Source: Basidiobolus ranarum (lineage: Eukaryota). From it: DNA of 40,575 nucleotides. Under the pieces are notes generated by a model. That model saw nothing but the letters and a program-made list of their open reading frames with translations, made no database searches and was not told where the DNA came from. The stretch covers positions 1 to 40,575 of the forward strand of contig JASJQH010000037.1 of the NCBI GenBank assembly GCA_040143965.1, in the 5' to 3' direction. The translations under genes were made by a program, and so were the position numbers. Within the stretch, counting starts at the first letter, position 1, and every line of letters begins with the position of its first letter. This document shows, piece after piece, positions 12,466 through 26,083 of this stretch.

Positions 12466-15400
12466 TTAGCCAGCTCGGATTCTAAATTTGGCTCCGCCGG
12501 TCGTCATGGTGGTGGAATTGGGGTCATTCGGGTAGTTGTTGGGTCTACTTGACGATATATTAGAGCCCGCCGCATACTGACTCCTCCGTGGTCCCTTACT
12601 ATGCACCAGATGTAGGCCATTCAACGGTGGATTTCTTCCCCGAGAGGCGATTGAAGGGGGCCTAGTGCGGTTATGACTTGACTGAGAGGCAGGTAGATTA
12701 GAACGGAGCTTGTTTGATGAAGGTTGAGGACGAGAAAATGATGAGGCAGTGGTTTTACTGGAGGTTTTGGTTGGGTGCTTCATGTTGGTCGACGTTCGAA
12801 GTTCTGGCGATGTGGTAGAGGTGATAGGAGCCTGTAAGCACTGTACAAGCTCATGTCCACTCAAGATTAATGAACGTGTAGAGTCCTCGGCTATGAGATG
12901 ATTCTTCAATCTTCCAATGATCATTTCAAGTTCAGAATTGGTATGGTTGAAAGTTTTTGCAAAAGTGGTGGTGATTTTTTCCAGCCAAGTAGTCCGCTCA
13001 GTAGCTGATTCTACACCGAACATGAACTTCTTACGTGGATGTGCACTGGTTTCTCCAGGAAAGCCGACTTGAAATGTATGCTGCATAAATGGTGGTTCGA
13101 CTACCAAAGACCAAGCTGAGATACTGGTATATTTTCGACTACGAGCACCAAGTTTGATGAACTGCAGGCTCTTGCGTCCCAATGACGTTGATTTCACTGT
13201 AAAAGTGTGAGTGTTTGTATATGTGAAATCCAATACAGGCACATCACAAACCAACCCATCACCTACAGGTTTAATTCTCAGATCTCTGTCAGCCACTGGA
13301 ATAGTTACAGTAAGAAGCGCTGAGCTATCATCAATGACAAGATGATAGTCCGATGGAAACCTAGTCTCTATTGTAATGGCTTGGTATTCCCGGTCATCCA
13401 TTGCTGTTTCTAACTTATCCTGGCGTATAGAATGATATATCTCCACAAGAAGGTTTTCAGATATTGCGGATGTAGTGTCCATAGCGCGGAAGCGCTCAAC
13501 AAAGTCCGCAAGCTCCATTTTGATTTTGGTTGGACATTTTCTGTTGTGAAGATCGGCATTAAGCGCCATCATAAAGAATGCCAATTTGATGGAAATCTCC
13601 ACATCAAAAGATACGTAGTGCGCATTTGCACGATGCCAACGTCTGGCAAATGCTCCGACAAGATAATCAATGATATTTCCTTCACCAGGAAGTCGGAAAG
13701 AGGCTAGGAATACTCTTAAAGCATCGTCGATACGTAGGCCAGAGAACTTGCATCGGTCTAAAAAGGAATTAAGGATTGCATGATTGCTTTGCATCCCAAG
13801 AAATTTACCAATTTGCTTGCGACTAAGTTCAGGGGTTTTGTGGAGAAAAGTAGAGATACTCAGTGGATCGGCACGAAGAGCGCCCTTATCAATCATATAC
13901 ATGATACCTTCGTAAGGATTGATATTGAATCTACGCACCGTACTTGCAATAAGTGGGTGTAGCTCTCCTGTCTGGTTTCGTGATGAAGAAACAGCCTTTC
14001 CATCCTCTATCCCCTTCCTTCCGTTGCGTTCTTTTTCTCGAGAGACGGAAAAACTGATGCTACTTAGATCAATGATGTGCTTAACCATGAAGCGTGAATT
14101 CAGGGTATAACTCTGTGAGCCTTCTCTAGAGATTGGTTTAGCGATGACTAATAAGTCATCCATCAAAATCAGGTATCGATTTTTCACTGCATTGCTATTA
14201 ATGATTTGTAGTGCAAGTCCTTGATACACTACGTCTCGTGTATCATGAGAATACTTATTCTCAGCGTCCTTTGCTTTGTTGGAGACCTTAGGTTTATCAT
14301 CGGAGATCGATTGAGAATTGAGAGCAGATGGGGTTTTTTCAGTTGAAGGCTCTACCGATGAATCGCAGCCTTCTTCTTTCACTTGGTTGGTGGATCGAGA
14401 TATTATTTTCATATTTTTCACCGGCTTTTTAGTTGCCACTTCAGTTGACTTCGTCACTTGCTCAAAATTGGCAGCAGCTTTAGTACTGGATTGCAATTCT
14501 GGACACAGGTTTTGAGTTACATTTGAGTCGCGAGCCTGAGTGGTGATTCCGGAAATATCTGCGTCTATTGCTTCACTCAACTTGGACATGTCATAGTTAT
14601 GATCAGAGTTACTAGCAGGTGATGATGAGGTGGATTCAGTTGCTTCATGAGTTGAGTGAGTGCAACCTGTCTCATCAGATTGGTTAGCGAAGTACGGTGT
14701 AATACTTTCACTGGATGAGACAGTCTCAGTTGAAGCAGTTTTTTGATGCTGCACAAGACTTCGACGGGATACATTGGTATCAATGTGAAGAAGTTGCGGT
14801 GCAATCCGTCTAGAATTTCGTCGAAAGGAACTAGATTGAGTAAGAATAGATGGCTTTTTCTTCTTCAAATGAGGTAAAATCCCTTTGACAACTCCCGCAG
14901 ATTCCACCACACTAAAACGTTTAACAAATGATGCATTTGTTCGGATATTAGGAACTGGTTCGATTTTGGGTTGGGTAGTACAAGATAGAGAAGAATAGTC
15001 ATTGGATGGCCTGCTGTCTTCACAAGCTATCTTTATAGAGGTATCAACTGGAATGTCATCGTTCGGGGTGGTTGGTGTGCGTTTTTTAGTGCTGTCATTT
15101 TCAGAATACTCAGTGGAAAAGACTGGGATTGAACAGGTCTTTAATATTGGTGAGCCACTAGCGTTCTTGACGTTATCTTGAGATAATGTATTATTCGGTA
15201 AAGGGCCTGTGCTTCTAGGGGAAACGGATAAATCTTGCCCATCCAAGGCGAATGGTAATTTCAATCTATCAGTCAGGGCAGTCAAAAAGAATGAAGGCCC
15301 GATATCTGCAGGAGAAAGAGGAGATGGTGAATGCTCATCTTGGTCAATGGTTTGTAAAGAATTCTTCCTTGACGTGTTTAGGAATGGAGAAAGGGTTGGC

Positions 15401-16886
15401 ACTGGTGAGGCTTGATAGTCTGTGCCTTGATTGAAATTCTTGCGCGTTTGACTAGATAAATTTCCCTCATCTTCATTTGGATAAACAATTTCTGGTGGAG
15501 TATCATGTAGCGCAGATTCTAATTCCAACCTTTGTTCGGCAATATCTTCAACAATGACGGAACAAAGTTTTTCTTTAGTCAGTCTCATTTCCAGTGAGGA
15601 GCGCGTGTTAAATTGCACTCTATTTGCCTTGATTTCTTTGCTTGGGAGAAACAGCCCCTGATACTCGTCATTTCGGAGTGAAGAATCTGACACCAATTTT
15701 TCTGGAACTGCTGGCTCAAATAAGGCACGCGATTCACTTGGGTTTTGAATTACAATCTTGCTTACTTTGGGTTTATGGAATTTGATCGCTCCGGCAGAAA
15801 GTTTGCGAGGAACAGAGGATAGGAGGGTCAAGTTTTCATTTGATGCAGATCCATCAGAGGCGATGCAGTCGAACAATGGCACAAACGTAGTTTCAGAATC
15901 GTCCTCCACCTTCCAACTTTTCATGATTCCAGAAATACGATCCCTTTTTGGCTCTTTTGTAGCGTTAAACTTTTGGGACCAAAAACCCAAAGGTCCTTCT
16001 GAATAAACAGGGATGGGTTCTTTCTCGCGACGGTTATGAGATGAGTATGTGCGAAGTAATTCAGCATTTTTGCTAGGGCTGTTGGAAACAACATTGAACG
16101 AACGCGATCTTCGAGCTAGCGGACGCTTGGTCACCGGTATTTCTGTGTCAACGTCCGAGTTATCACCGTTAGCATTATGAGCATGTAACCCATCTTCAAG
16201 ATCTATATATCGGTCGAACAAAATACAAAGCGTATCAATAAATGAAATTATAGCCTATATTAACTAATATAAATGATCTTACCCTTATTAGTTTTGATAG
16301 GTGAATCGGTGAATGCCTCTTGATCATCTAAAATAAAGAGATCTTCTTCTTCGTATCTCTCAAGCTGTACAGCTTCATGGGTTGATCTTTCGATGGATAA
16401 TGCCGAGTTACGCTCCTCGCTAAAGGATTTGGATTTTCTGAGTTGTCTTCTTCTGTGGGTTATTTCTTCAGTAAGAGGATTTTGATGTTCCTGATCCAAC
16501 GGTATAGATACATGTTCTGAAATGGCCTCACTGTCGTTTAAAGAAAGCGATCTTCGCAATAACTTATTTCTTTCTTTACGTTGCTCTTGCTTATCAATAG
16601 CGCCTTTTCGTAAGCCATTACTTGGCACCTTATGGACACGAATAGCAGCAGCACGCTTGAGTCTATTTGAGGTTGGGCTGACTGGGCTCTCTTTACTTCT
16701 ATCCCCGACTTCTAGAAACCCAAAATTGGCTGGGACTGAGTTAAATATGCTATGATCTATGCCACTAGTTTGGATAGAAAGATCTCTCCCTCCAAGTGAG
16801 CTGTCTTTAGAGGACCCATTATCGGCCGAAGTAGGATTGTTCGGGGAAAAATTTGGTAACGAAGGTGGTAATATCGAGTCTTCCAT
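12466..16886 (-). CDS. Sec7-domain Arf guanine-nucleotide exchange factor with split PH-like domain; 2 exons
   Basis: ORFs 16260-16886 and 12466-16221 are joined by a short GT-AG intron near 16208-16282. Sec7 hallmarks are FNINPYEGIMYM, LSRKQIGKFLG, FSGLRIDDALRVFLASFRLPGEG (glutamic finger) and LAFFMMALNADLHN. Confidence 0.9.
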
Positions 16887-18362
16887 ACATCCAAAATCTC
16901 AAGGTCAGAAAGGTAGAATTTTTTTAAAAACGTTGGTCAGAGAGTAAAATATTACTTTCGATCAAAAGCGAAATAGGTTTAACGGTAGTCGTTAAGCAAT
17001 GTACCGGATAAAGTACTCAGTAGAATGTTTCTATTTCCAATACCGGATAGTGGTATCTGTCAATATTTAGTTGCTAGATTTCGCCTATGTTGAGGAGAAG
17101 AAGCTTGTTGCTCTATAATTTTAAACCAGATTGATGGGATGGAATAAAATTTCTTGGGAAAGCGATTCGCAAGGGAAAGGTAGGATGTCTCTAGGGTATA
17201 TAGGGGGGTAATAAATATAATGCGAAGGATTACTATCTAAATAATATTGGTTGAACGCTTGTAATATCGTGGAAACTCTAAAGTCGGCCTAGGATATACA
17301 AATAATTAAGGTCAAGGTCTGAGAAGGAAGGCAAGGGTAGAAAGGTTAAAACGAAAAGGGAGTTTGTAGTAATAAAAGTGATAAAAACCATTGTGATGTT
17401 TCAAAGATTCTAATGAAAAATGCAATCAATAAACTTTCTCCAAATTAATTAACTCAATAGACGTATATATCGATGAAGTAATGTATATATATATTAGTGA
17501 AATACAAACAACCCACTGACCCAATAATAGCTTGATATTTATTATGTAACAACAAATTACTATGGCCAGAAAAAGAATATCATGTAACAAATCATGTATC
17601 CCTATCATATCCCGCTTCGAGGCTTAGAAGTGCCCCTCAGTTTCTGTCCATTCGTTAACCCTAGGTTTCATTACATTTCCTTGTACAATCTCTGAATAAG
17701 TAACATGCAACTCCGATCTACGCTCTTGTTGAGTGACCTCTATGTGACACCGAATATACTGCACTTCCTTTAGCAGTCACACGTGTTTCTATTGCTCAGA
17801 ATGCTATTCTCCAAGTTATAAGCACGTTTTCTGCTGTGCTGGTCATCAACCATACGGACGATGATAGGGAAACCATCCCAACTCTCACTTGGATGAGACA
17901 ATATAATCTAGCAGTTACAATAAGTGTGCTGTTCTTCATTTTGCGCTCAATACTGCCCACTGGTATGCATGGCTTTCAGGTTTCATTTATTGTGCGATGT
18001 CTCTGCCAAAATGCCATGAGACCGTATTTCCAATATCAGTAACCATCTTAGTCAAACATGGTATCCTCATATTTGTTCTTGGGCGTCAACCTCCATACCA
18101 TTACAGCGCCTACGCCTTCAAGCACTAAAAGGAGAATCCTCAAAGTTAGCGCCATCACGATCAAGTACTATATGGGTAAATGATAAATGACATCACTTGG
18201 ATCTGTGCGCTTATTAAGCTTCATCTCATATAGACCTCTCTATTCGTGGTAAATTCAGGAGAAACATGCTTAAAGACGACTCTGCTTTCATGTATATCCT
18301 TACTAGTAATTCAAATATATGTGGGTGGATGGATGTACACTTTATTGATAGAACCCATGGTG

Positions 18363-18371
18363 ATGACTCAT
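18363..18371. promoter_or_regulatory. Perfect Gcn4/AP-1-type site ATGACTCAT, 97 bp downstream of the MET17 stop
   Basis: Exact 9-mer read in the sequence; function not shown. Confidence 0.35.
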
Positions 18372-18467
18372 TTTAAGTAGAGATTACATAATCGTTGAAA
18401 GGATGAGTGATATGGTGATGATAGAATTAGCAGATTGAAAATATTGTCCATCAAAATTAATTAAATT

Positions 18468-19892
<1,425 letters not shown>

Positions 19893-19897
19893 CTAGA

Positions 19898-19906
19898 ATG
19901 ACTCAT
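19898..19906. promoter_or_regulatory. Gcn4/CpcA (general amino-acid control) element ATGACTCAT in the MET17 promoter
   Basis: Exact consensus 108 bp upstream of the ATG and just upstream of the TATA box. A further TGAGTCAT lies at 20243-20250. Confidence 0.65.
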
Positions 19907-20918
19907 TTATCTCATATAGGTTGAATCAGTGTTCACTAACTAACACTGTTTGACAAGATCACGCAATCTATAATCAATTTTCGACATCCGAACGGTTATT
20001 TATGAAAGTTGGCCAAAACGTAACTGGGTCGGATGTTAAAAAAGGAGATTACCCTTTAGCTGTTCGATTAGTACATACGTTTTGCAACACAAGCAAAGTA
20101 ACAGTGTCAAAGGTTTACAAAATGAGACTGAAGTCACAAGTACACTCACCTTCACATCCCCCTGTATTGTAATGATGGATCTTCAACTCAACTTGATCAT
20201 CAAGAATAGAAACCGACATAGCTTTTTGTTGATAACTCAACTTGAGTCATAATAATATGTTGAATAGAGCCGGTGAGAGCCTTTTTGGTGATTACTCTTT
20301 GCAAATTGTCGCACAGATATTCGTAATCTACTCCAATAGTGGTTCGAGCCAGGTGGCTTGTAGCCAAAGAATAACGGATCACTTGACACTGATAAGCATG
20401 TCCAACACCCTCCCATTCCAAACATTCGAGAAATCTATTGCAAGAGGATCTAACCTGAAATCTAAATTCAGACCATACATGATGACGGAAGCACTTGCCT
20501 CTCAAACCGATTCTAATAAATCCCTCATGTTCTCTTTTGTATATTGACCAATGGGTCGAGATTGTACGCGCTTTGCACCACTGGCTACCAGTATGGCCAC
20601 ACATTTTGGAAGTCACATGCGGCAGTTATTACATTCACAATATTCGTTTATTGATTCAAGAAAACTACATGGAATAAATATGATCGGGACTGCTAAAGTA
20701 TAAATTATTACATACATTACTCGATGTAGACTACTTTATTCGTGGCAGATTACTAACGGAATGCGAACAATGAAAGGAAAGGAAGGAAAGAAAGAAAAGA
20801 GAACGCAGATATGAAAAATCTACACTAGAAAAATACAACTGTAACATGAATTGAAGAAATGACAGTAGAATTTAGAAAAATGTTACCGTATTGCAAGAAC
20901 TAATATTAATACATCTCT

Positions 20919-23900
20919 TTAGGACCAATAACCTTGGTTTCTACCTTGTTGGTGGTGATATCCCCCACTTTGCTGCTGTTGCTGTTGTTGATGATTTTGC
21001 TGTTGCATGTGATATGTTTGATATTGCTGCTGGGTTTGTTGGGGATATTGTTGCTGGTAACCACCATACATTTGTTGCTGATAACCACCATATTGACCCC
21101 CTTGAGCGCTTTGGCCATACACGCTACTAGGATCGGCATAGTTCTTGTAGGGAGAGTTCATCTCATGAGTATTCTGTCCAGAAGCGTTCTTTGATGCTTC
21201 GGTAGTACCAACTTGTTGCTGTCCACTAGTAGAGCCTAAAAATCCTTGTAGTGGAAGGTCAGATTTGTAGCCCTTTTGATAGTCGGAAACACCGCCTCCC
21301 ATACCACTGTTGGCACTTCCACCCAACGACATGTCATCATATCTACTAACCCCAGGAGGGCCTTGAGTATATGAAGCTTGCTGGCTAAGAGTATTGGAGG
21401 GATACCCAGTTGATGTATAAGGTGAGCCGGCCCCGCTAGATCCAGGCTTGTTGGTTTGTTGGTTTCCATAGAAAGGATAAACGTTCTTGTTCATAAAAGG
21501 CTGACCGTAACCAGATTGTTGATAGGCTGGAGAATGGAACTGGTTGGGCACATAATAATAAGGATAGTAAGGAATACCAGCTAATTCAGGATACGAAGGT
21601 TGCTGGAGTTGTTGAGGTTGAGGTGAGGCTTGGGATGTTAAGGAGGCATTTTGAGCTGATTGAGTTGTAGAAGGAATGGCTGTAGGATCCTGTGTTGGTA
21701 ATCTGTTATCACGTTGATAGCTTGATGGAATTTGACCATATGACGGATCAGCATAGTATCCCTAGATGTACATATAAATAACTGAATGATAAAATAACAA
21801 TCAAATAATAGAAATAATTACCATTAGAGCTCTTTGAGCGTCATTTCCATAAAGAGCAGCTCCGTAATCAGTCATTGGGCCCATACCAAAGTTAGAGAAT
21901 TGACTTTGGGGTTGACCACCCATATACGTTCCGTAAGGAGAGGAATTCAACACATCAGGGTTACCAATATGAGGTTGTTGGCCAAGATAAGGAGAGTTAT
22001 GTTGACCGTTTTGTCTGCCAAAGGCGTTCATATTGGGCAAGACAGATGGTTGGGTTGGATACATGGTTTGGTTCTGAGCATTGTTGCTAGTCATCTCCAC
22101 CTTAGGGTTTTGAGGCTGAGTAGCTTGAGCCGAGTTATTGGCTCCATTAGTAGCCTCAGTAGACATAGAGACTGGCTCGGGAGACTTTGGCTTCAAAGGC
22201 TCTTCAACTTCAATAGGTGCAGAAGGAGCAGAAGCTTCCAATGAAACTGGGGCTGAGTCCATCAGTGTTGAAGCAAGGTTGTGGATAACAGGCTGCATTT
22301 CAGGCACAGAAACTTGTGGTTGAACTTCTTGAGTCTCGACATAGAATTGTTCCTCGGGTTCATTGAACTCAGTGTCAATCCTGGAGACAAAGCGATCATT
22401 AGTATTATATAAAGCATCATAAAAGATATGCGCAACTTACTTTTCATCTTGAACATCAGCATCAGCTACCTGGGAAACTGGTGCATTTCTATCTGGGAGG
22501 GAAGAAAGTGACAAGCTACCAAATTGAACACCGATTCTTTCCAAACTGGAGCTACCGCCTGGCATGACAACAGGGGAATCTTGCTTAAACTTACGAGGGT
22601 TCATCATTCTAGCTTTAGAATTGGGGGACGCAGCTTGGACTTTAGAAGTCTCGGTATTGAGATTACTATTTTGTTCTTTAGCTTCAGAGGCATCAGTCTC
22701 TTCAGTTCCAGCTGGAATAGCAACAGGTTCGATTGTCTCTTTGGGCTCTTCAATCTCTTCTTCTGCGTTTTCAATAGGTTCCTCGGATTCAACAGTGAGT
22801 TCTTCAGATATAGATACAGTATCAGGTTTGGACTCTTCTTGAGGCTCGGCCTGAATATTTTCTGGTAACTTGGTTTCTGATTCTGGCTCAACAGAATCTT
22901 GGACTTTGGCGGATTCAGATGAAGTATTTTCTGGAGATGTGATATGTGTTTCGGCTTCTTGTGGTTTTACAGGTGTGGAGTCAGTTTTGGTGGCAGAGGC
23001 GGATGGTGTGGAATTTACTACAGGTCTACTAGAAAATAAATTATATGGCATTAATGTCTATCCAACATATATCCATTTCCTTTGTAAGTGCTTACTTGAC
23101 GATCTGTGCCCAGGATATTTTAGGCTGTGTGATTGGTTTGGATGGTGTTGATAGAGTTGGGAATTCATTTTGAGGATTAGAAGCTTGCACAGTGTCAGTT
23201 TGACTCCGGCCTTGAGACTCAGGTTTAGATTTCGATGGACCCCAAGATGGTACTGAAAAGGCTGCAGATGGCGTTGGACCCCAAGCAGCTACGTCAGGAA
23301 CGTCTTGTTTTTCATTCTTTAATGGTGTGTGTGAAAAATCGGAATCTTGAGGAGGTTTTTGAGCTTGGCTGGCGAGTTGTGCGTATGTTTTAGCGTTTCC
23401 TGAATAATGATAAAAGCACTTAACAATAAGTCATATTGCAATGATCTGAGTCCAAATCCGTAAGTGTTACCTTGCGAATCCAGCATTACTGGTTTCACAG
23501 GAGTTGGGGTTGGAGCCGGCACTCTAGGCTTCTCGACTGGCTTAGGAATACGTGGTCCCTTTGCTTTTATTTGTGCTGATCAACATAAAAAGGAAATGCA
23601 GTCAACTGTTAGTTTGCATCTTAAAAAGAAAAACATCCAATATATTAACGTTTAGTAACTGGCATAAACTACATACAAGTTTTGGCTCGTTCATTTGATC
23701 CGGTACTCTTGATAGAAAATTGATATTTATCTACTTGTGGTTGAGTATTTGCAGATCTTTCGTTATGTGGCTTTTTGGTCTTTTTCCCTTTGACTTCACC
23801 CCACTGACTAGTATGACCTGATGAGTATCGGAAAATTTTGAATATTCATAAAGTCAATACAAATAATAATATCAATATACATTGGTTCAATAGATCTTAC

Positions 23901-24102
23901 CATCACTTATTCTGTCAATTGCGAGTTCTAAATCTCCGCCTGCTTCTTGTACGGCGAAAAGTAGGTCTTCATCTGACCAGTCAGCAAATAACTCTTTTAA
24001 AGTAGATAGCTGGGTAGAATGGAGCTTGCGAAGATTTTTGACTTCATCAGGTTCATCTTTGTAGGATTTGGAACGAATAGAAGGGTTCACGCGTGAACTC
24101 AT
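20919..24102 (-). CDS. DEF1: CUE-domain protein Def1/UBAP2(L)-like with low-complexity, Q/G/Y-rich C-terminus; multi-exon
   Basis: N-terminal CUE/UBA-like LSTLKELFADWSDEDLLFAVQEAGGDLELAIDRISDG-HTSQWGEVKGKK. Internal SPVVMPGG...IGVQFGSLSL. C-terminal YGGYQQQ...QQQQQQQ...NQGYWS. Six GT-AG introns were traced. Confidence 0.8.
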
Positions 24103-25484
24103 TATGTGTGGTTGATCGCGTATGGATATTTAGAAGAAAAGAGTGTGGAAGAGATAGGGTTTTAGCAAAGGAAGCCTGAATTAAATCAATGCTAGAAAGG
24201 CCTTTTTCAATTGACTCGGCTTACGAAACAGCTTTAAGACACGTGCCCAATCCGATTGTGATTTCACTTTAATAATTGTATAATTTTTTACGTCCATCCT
24301 AATATATTTGTTTTGCTTTTTGTCAGAGTGTTTTTATCCAACATCAATCAGTGTTTCCATTTCTCTGCCTTGATGGATTTATTCTGTAAAATCGACTAAA
24401 CGCAAGAATATACCAACCTGGACGTAGGTCTTTCTACAAGCTGATGACTGACGAAATATAACAGGTATTTCATTCGGCTCCACAAGTTGATTCCAATATT
24501 CTGTTTATTGACGTAAATGATCGACAGGGTGGTGGCTACAGGTACATATAACCATAATCCTACCCTGGCAGTGTTCTAACAAGCTCACTTTGGCACAAAC
24601 CACATGTTGAAAAGCGAACCATTAATGATGCGCTTTTCGGGCATATATATCTCACTAGCTACAATGTTAATATGCTCAATGGTTTATTGGTGTGGTTGGT
24701 TCAAAGGGTTATGCCATGGCTCTGGCATAGCATAAATCATCTACATACGCACACATTGACTCGCACTGTTACTGTGTTGGAGAACAACGATGACGCCATG
24801 ATCCCTTTTAGACTGATCGATTACCTAAAACATGACTGCAAAACACCGGAAATCACTGCAACACTATAATAAGCCAGTAACTCATCGCTAAATTATTTGA
24901 TTGTCGCGGCTATAAGATGGATATTCCGATAATATTTATGCACTTGTTGCCGAGAGGGAAACAACAATTTGGAGAACATAAATGGCATCTCTTGTTGAAG
25001 CAACATGGCTACTAGTTGGCACTATTTATTATAGATTTCAATAGCACGGATATTACAAAAAATGAATCACAAACCCATCTTTTACAATTCCAGATTAGAT
25101 AATGTTCACTAATTGGATCTGTAATGTATACGTGTGATCGAATGAACCGTTTCCAACAAGAGCCTTTACCAATTGATTGGGTAGTCTCAAGTAGTTACTA
25201 TTATTGGTTTTATTTATGTGGAGCAACTGGTTTAAATTTCTGCAAGTTTAACTGGCCGGTCCAGTCGTCACCTTTCTTGTTAGTCATTAAGCTAAATCCT
25301 TGATGAGGTGTTATTACTAGGTTTAGTGCGAGAAATAAGATGTTGGGGATAAATGTGTGGAATATCTGGTATAATTGTAGAATAATCGCGTTAAATATCC
25401 TACCAAATCTAATAAAATTTTCTTCTGAGAAGGTTTAATGAATAATGATCAGTGTGAAGCTTGGTATCCAACCTTATTGTGAGT

Positions 25485-25745
25485 ATGTCCGAGAAGAACC
25501 CAGTTGATCACATTGCTACCCAAGTAGGAACCTCTGATGGTAGAGCTGCTCGAATTGAGGCTTTACGCAAGTTGCATCCCGACTACAAGCCTCAACCACA
25601 TCGTTGTAACTCACATCTCGAAGATATACTGACCGCAGCTGGTAATTTCTCTTTCACTGAAGTCACCTCCACCTTTAAGATTTGGTGGACTTGTATGAGA
25701 TCTAATGAGGGGGAGGAACCAGCCCGATACACTTTCCAAAAGTAG
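25485..25745 (+). CDS. Small hypothetical protein (86 aa)
   Basis: ATG at 25485 gives MSEKNPVDHIATQVG...RYTFQK. The composition is coding-like against AT-rich flanks. No family recognised. Confidence 0.55.
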   Translation: MSEKNPVDHIATQVGTSDGRAARIEALRKLHPDYKPQPHRCNSHLEDILTAAGNFSFTEVTSTFKIWWTCMRSNEGEEPARYTFQK

Positions 25746-26083
25746 GGTATTGTGTCTGTTAACCTCACGAGAGAACGTGTATGTCAAGGATTCCCAAGTT
25801 CACTGACACATACAATAAGCATTTTACATTTCTAACACATTCGAACATCTAAATTCAACGTTATGTATCTACCATTTTACTTCTTGACCTTCTGTTTAGA
25901 AATTCTGGTACGATTAAGTAATAAATTACAAGAGAATAATTATAGTGTACCTCCAGCTCAAACGCTCGTTCAATAAGAGAAAATTCCATTCTTGAATCAA
26001 ATTGATAAACCATGTACAAACAAACGAATGGTGGGTAAATATAGATAGCTATGACTATAAAATAGAATAGATGAAGCGACGAA

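Noticed and set aside
17426-18350. Short ORFs and an ATATCCTT near 18294 in the Sec7-MET17 intergenic region
   Set aside because: No coherent protein, and the U12-like 8-mer is outside any gene and lacks a matching branch point and acceptor.
20200-20677. Overlapping ORFs (138, 101, 62 and 60 aa) between MET17 and DEF1
   Set aside because: No recognisable motifs and no consistent exon structure; probably chance ORFs in intergenic or 3' UTR sequence.
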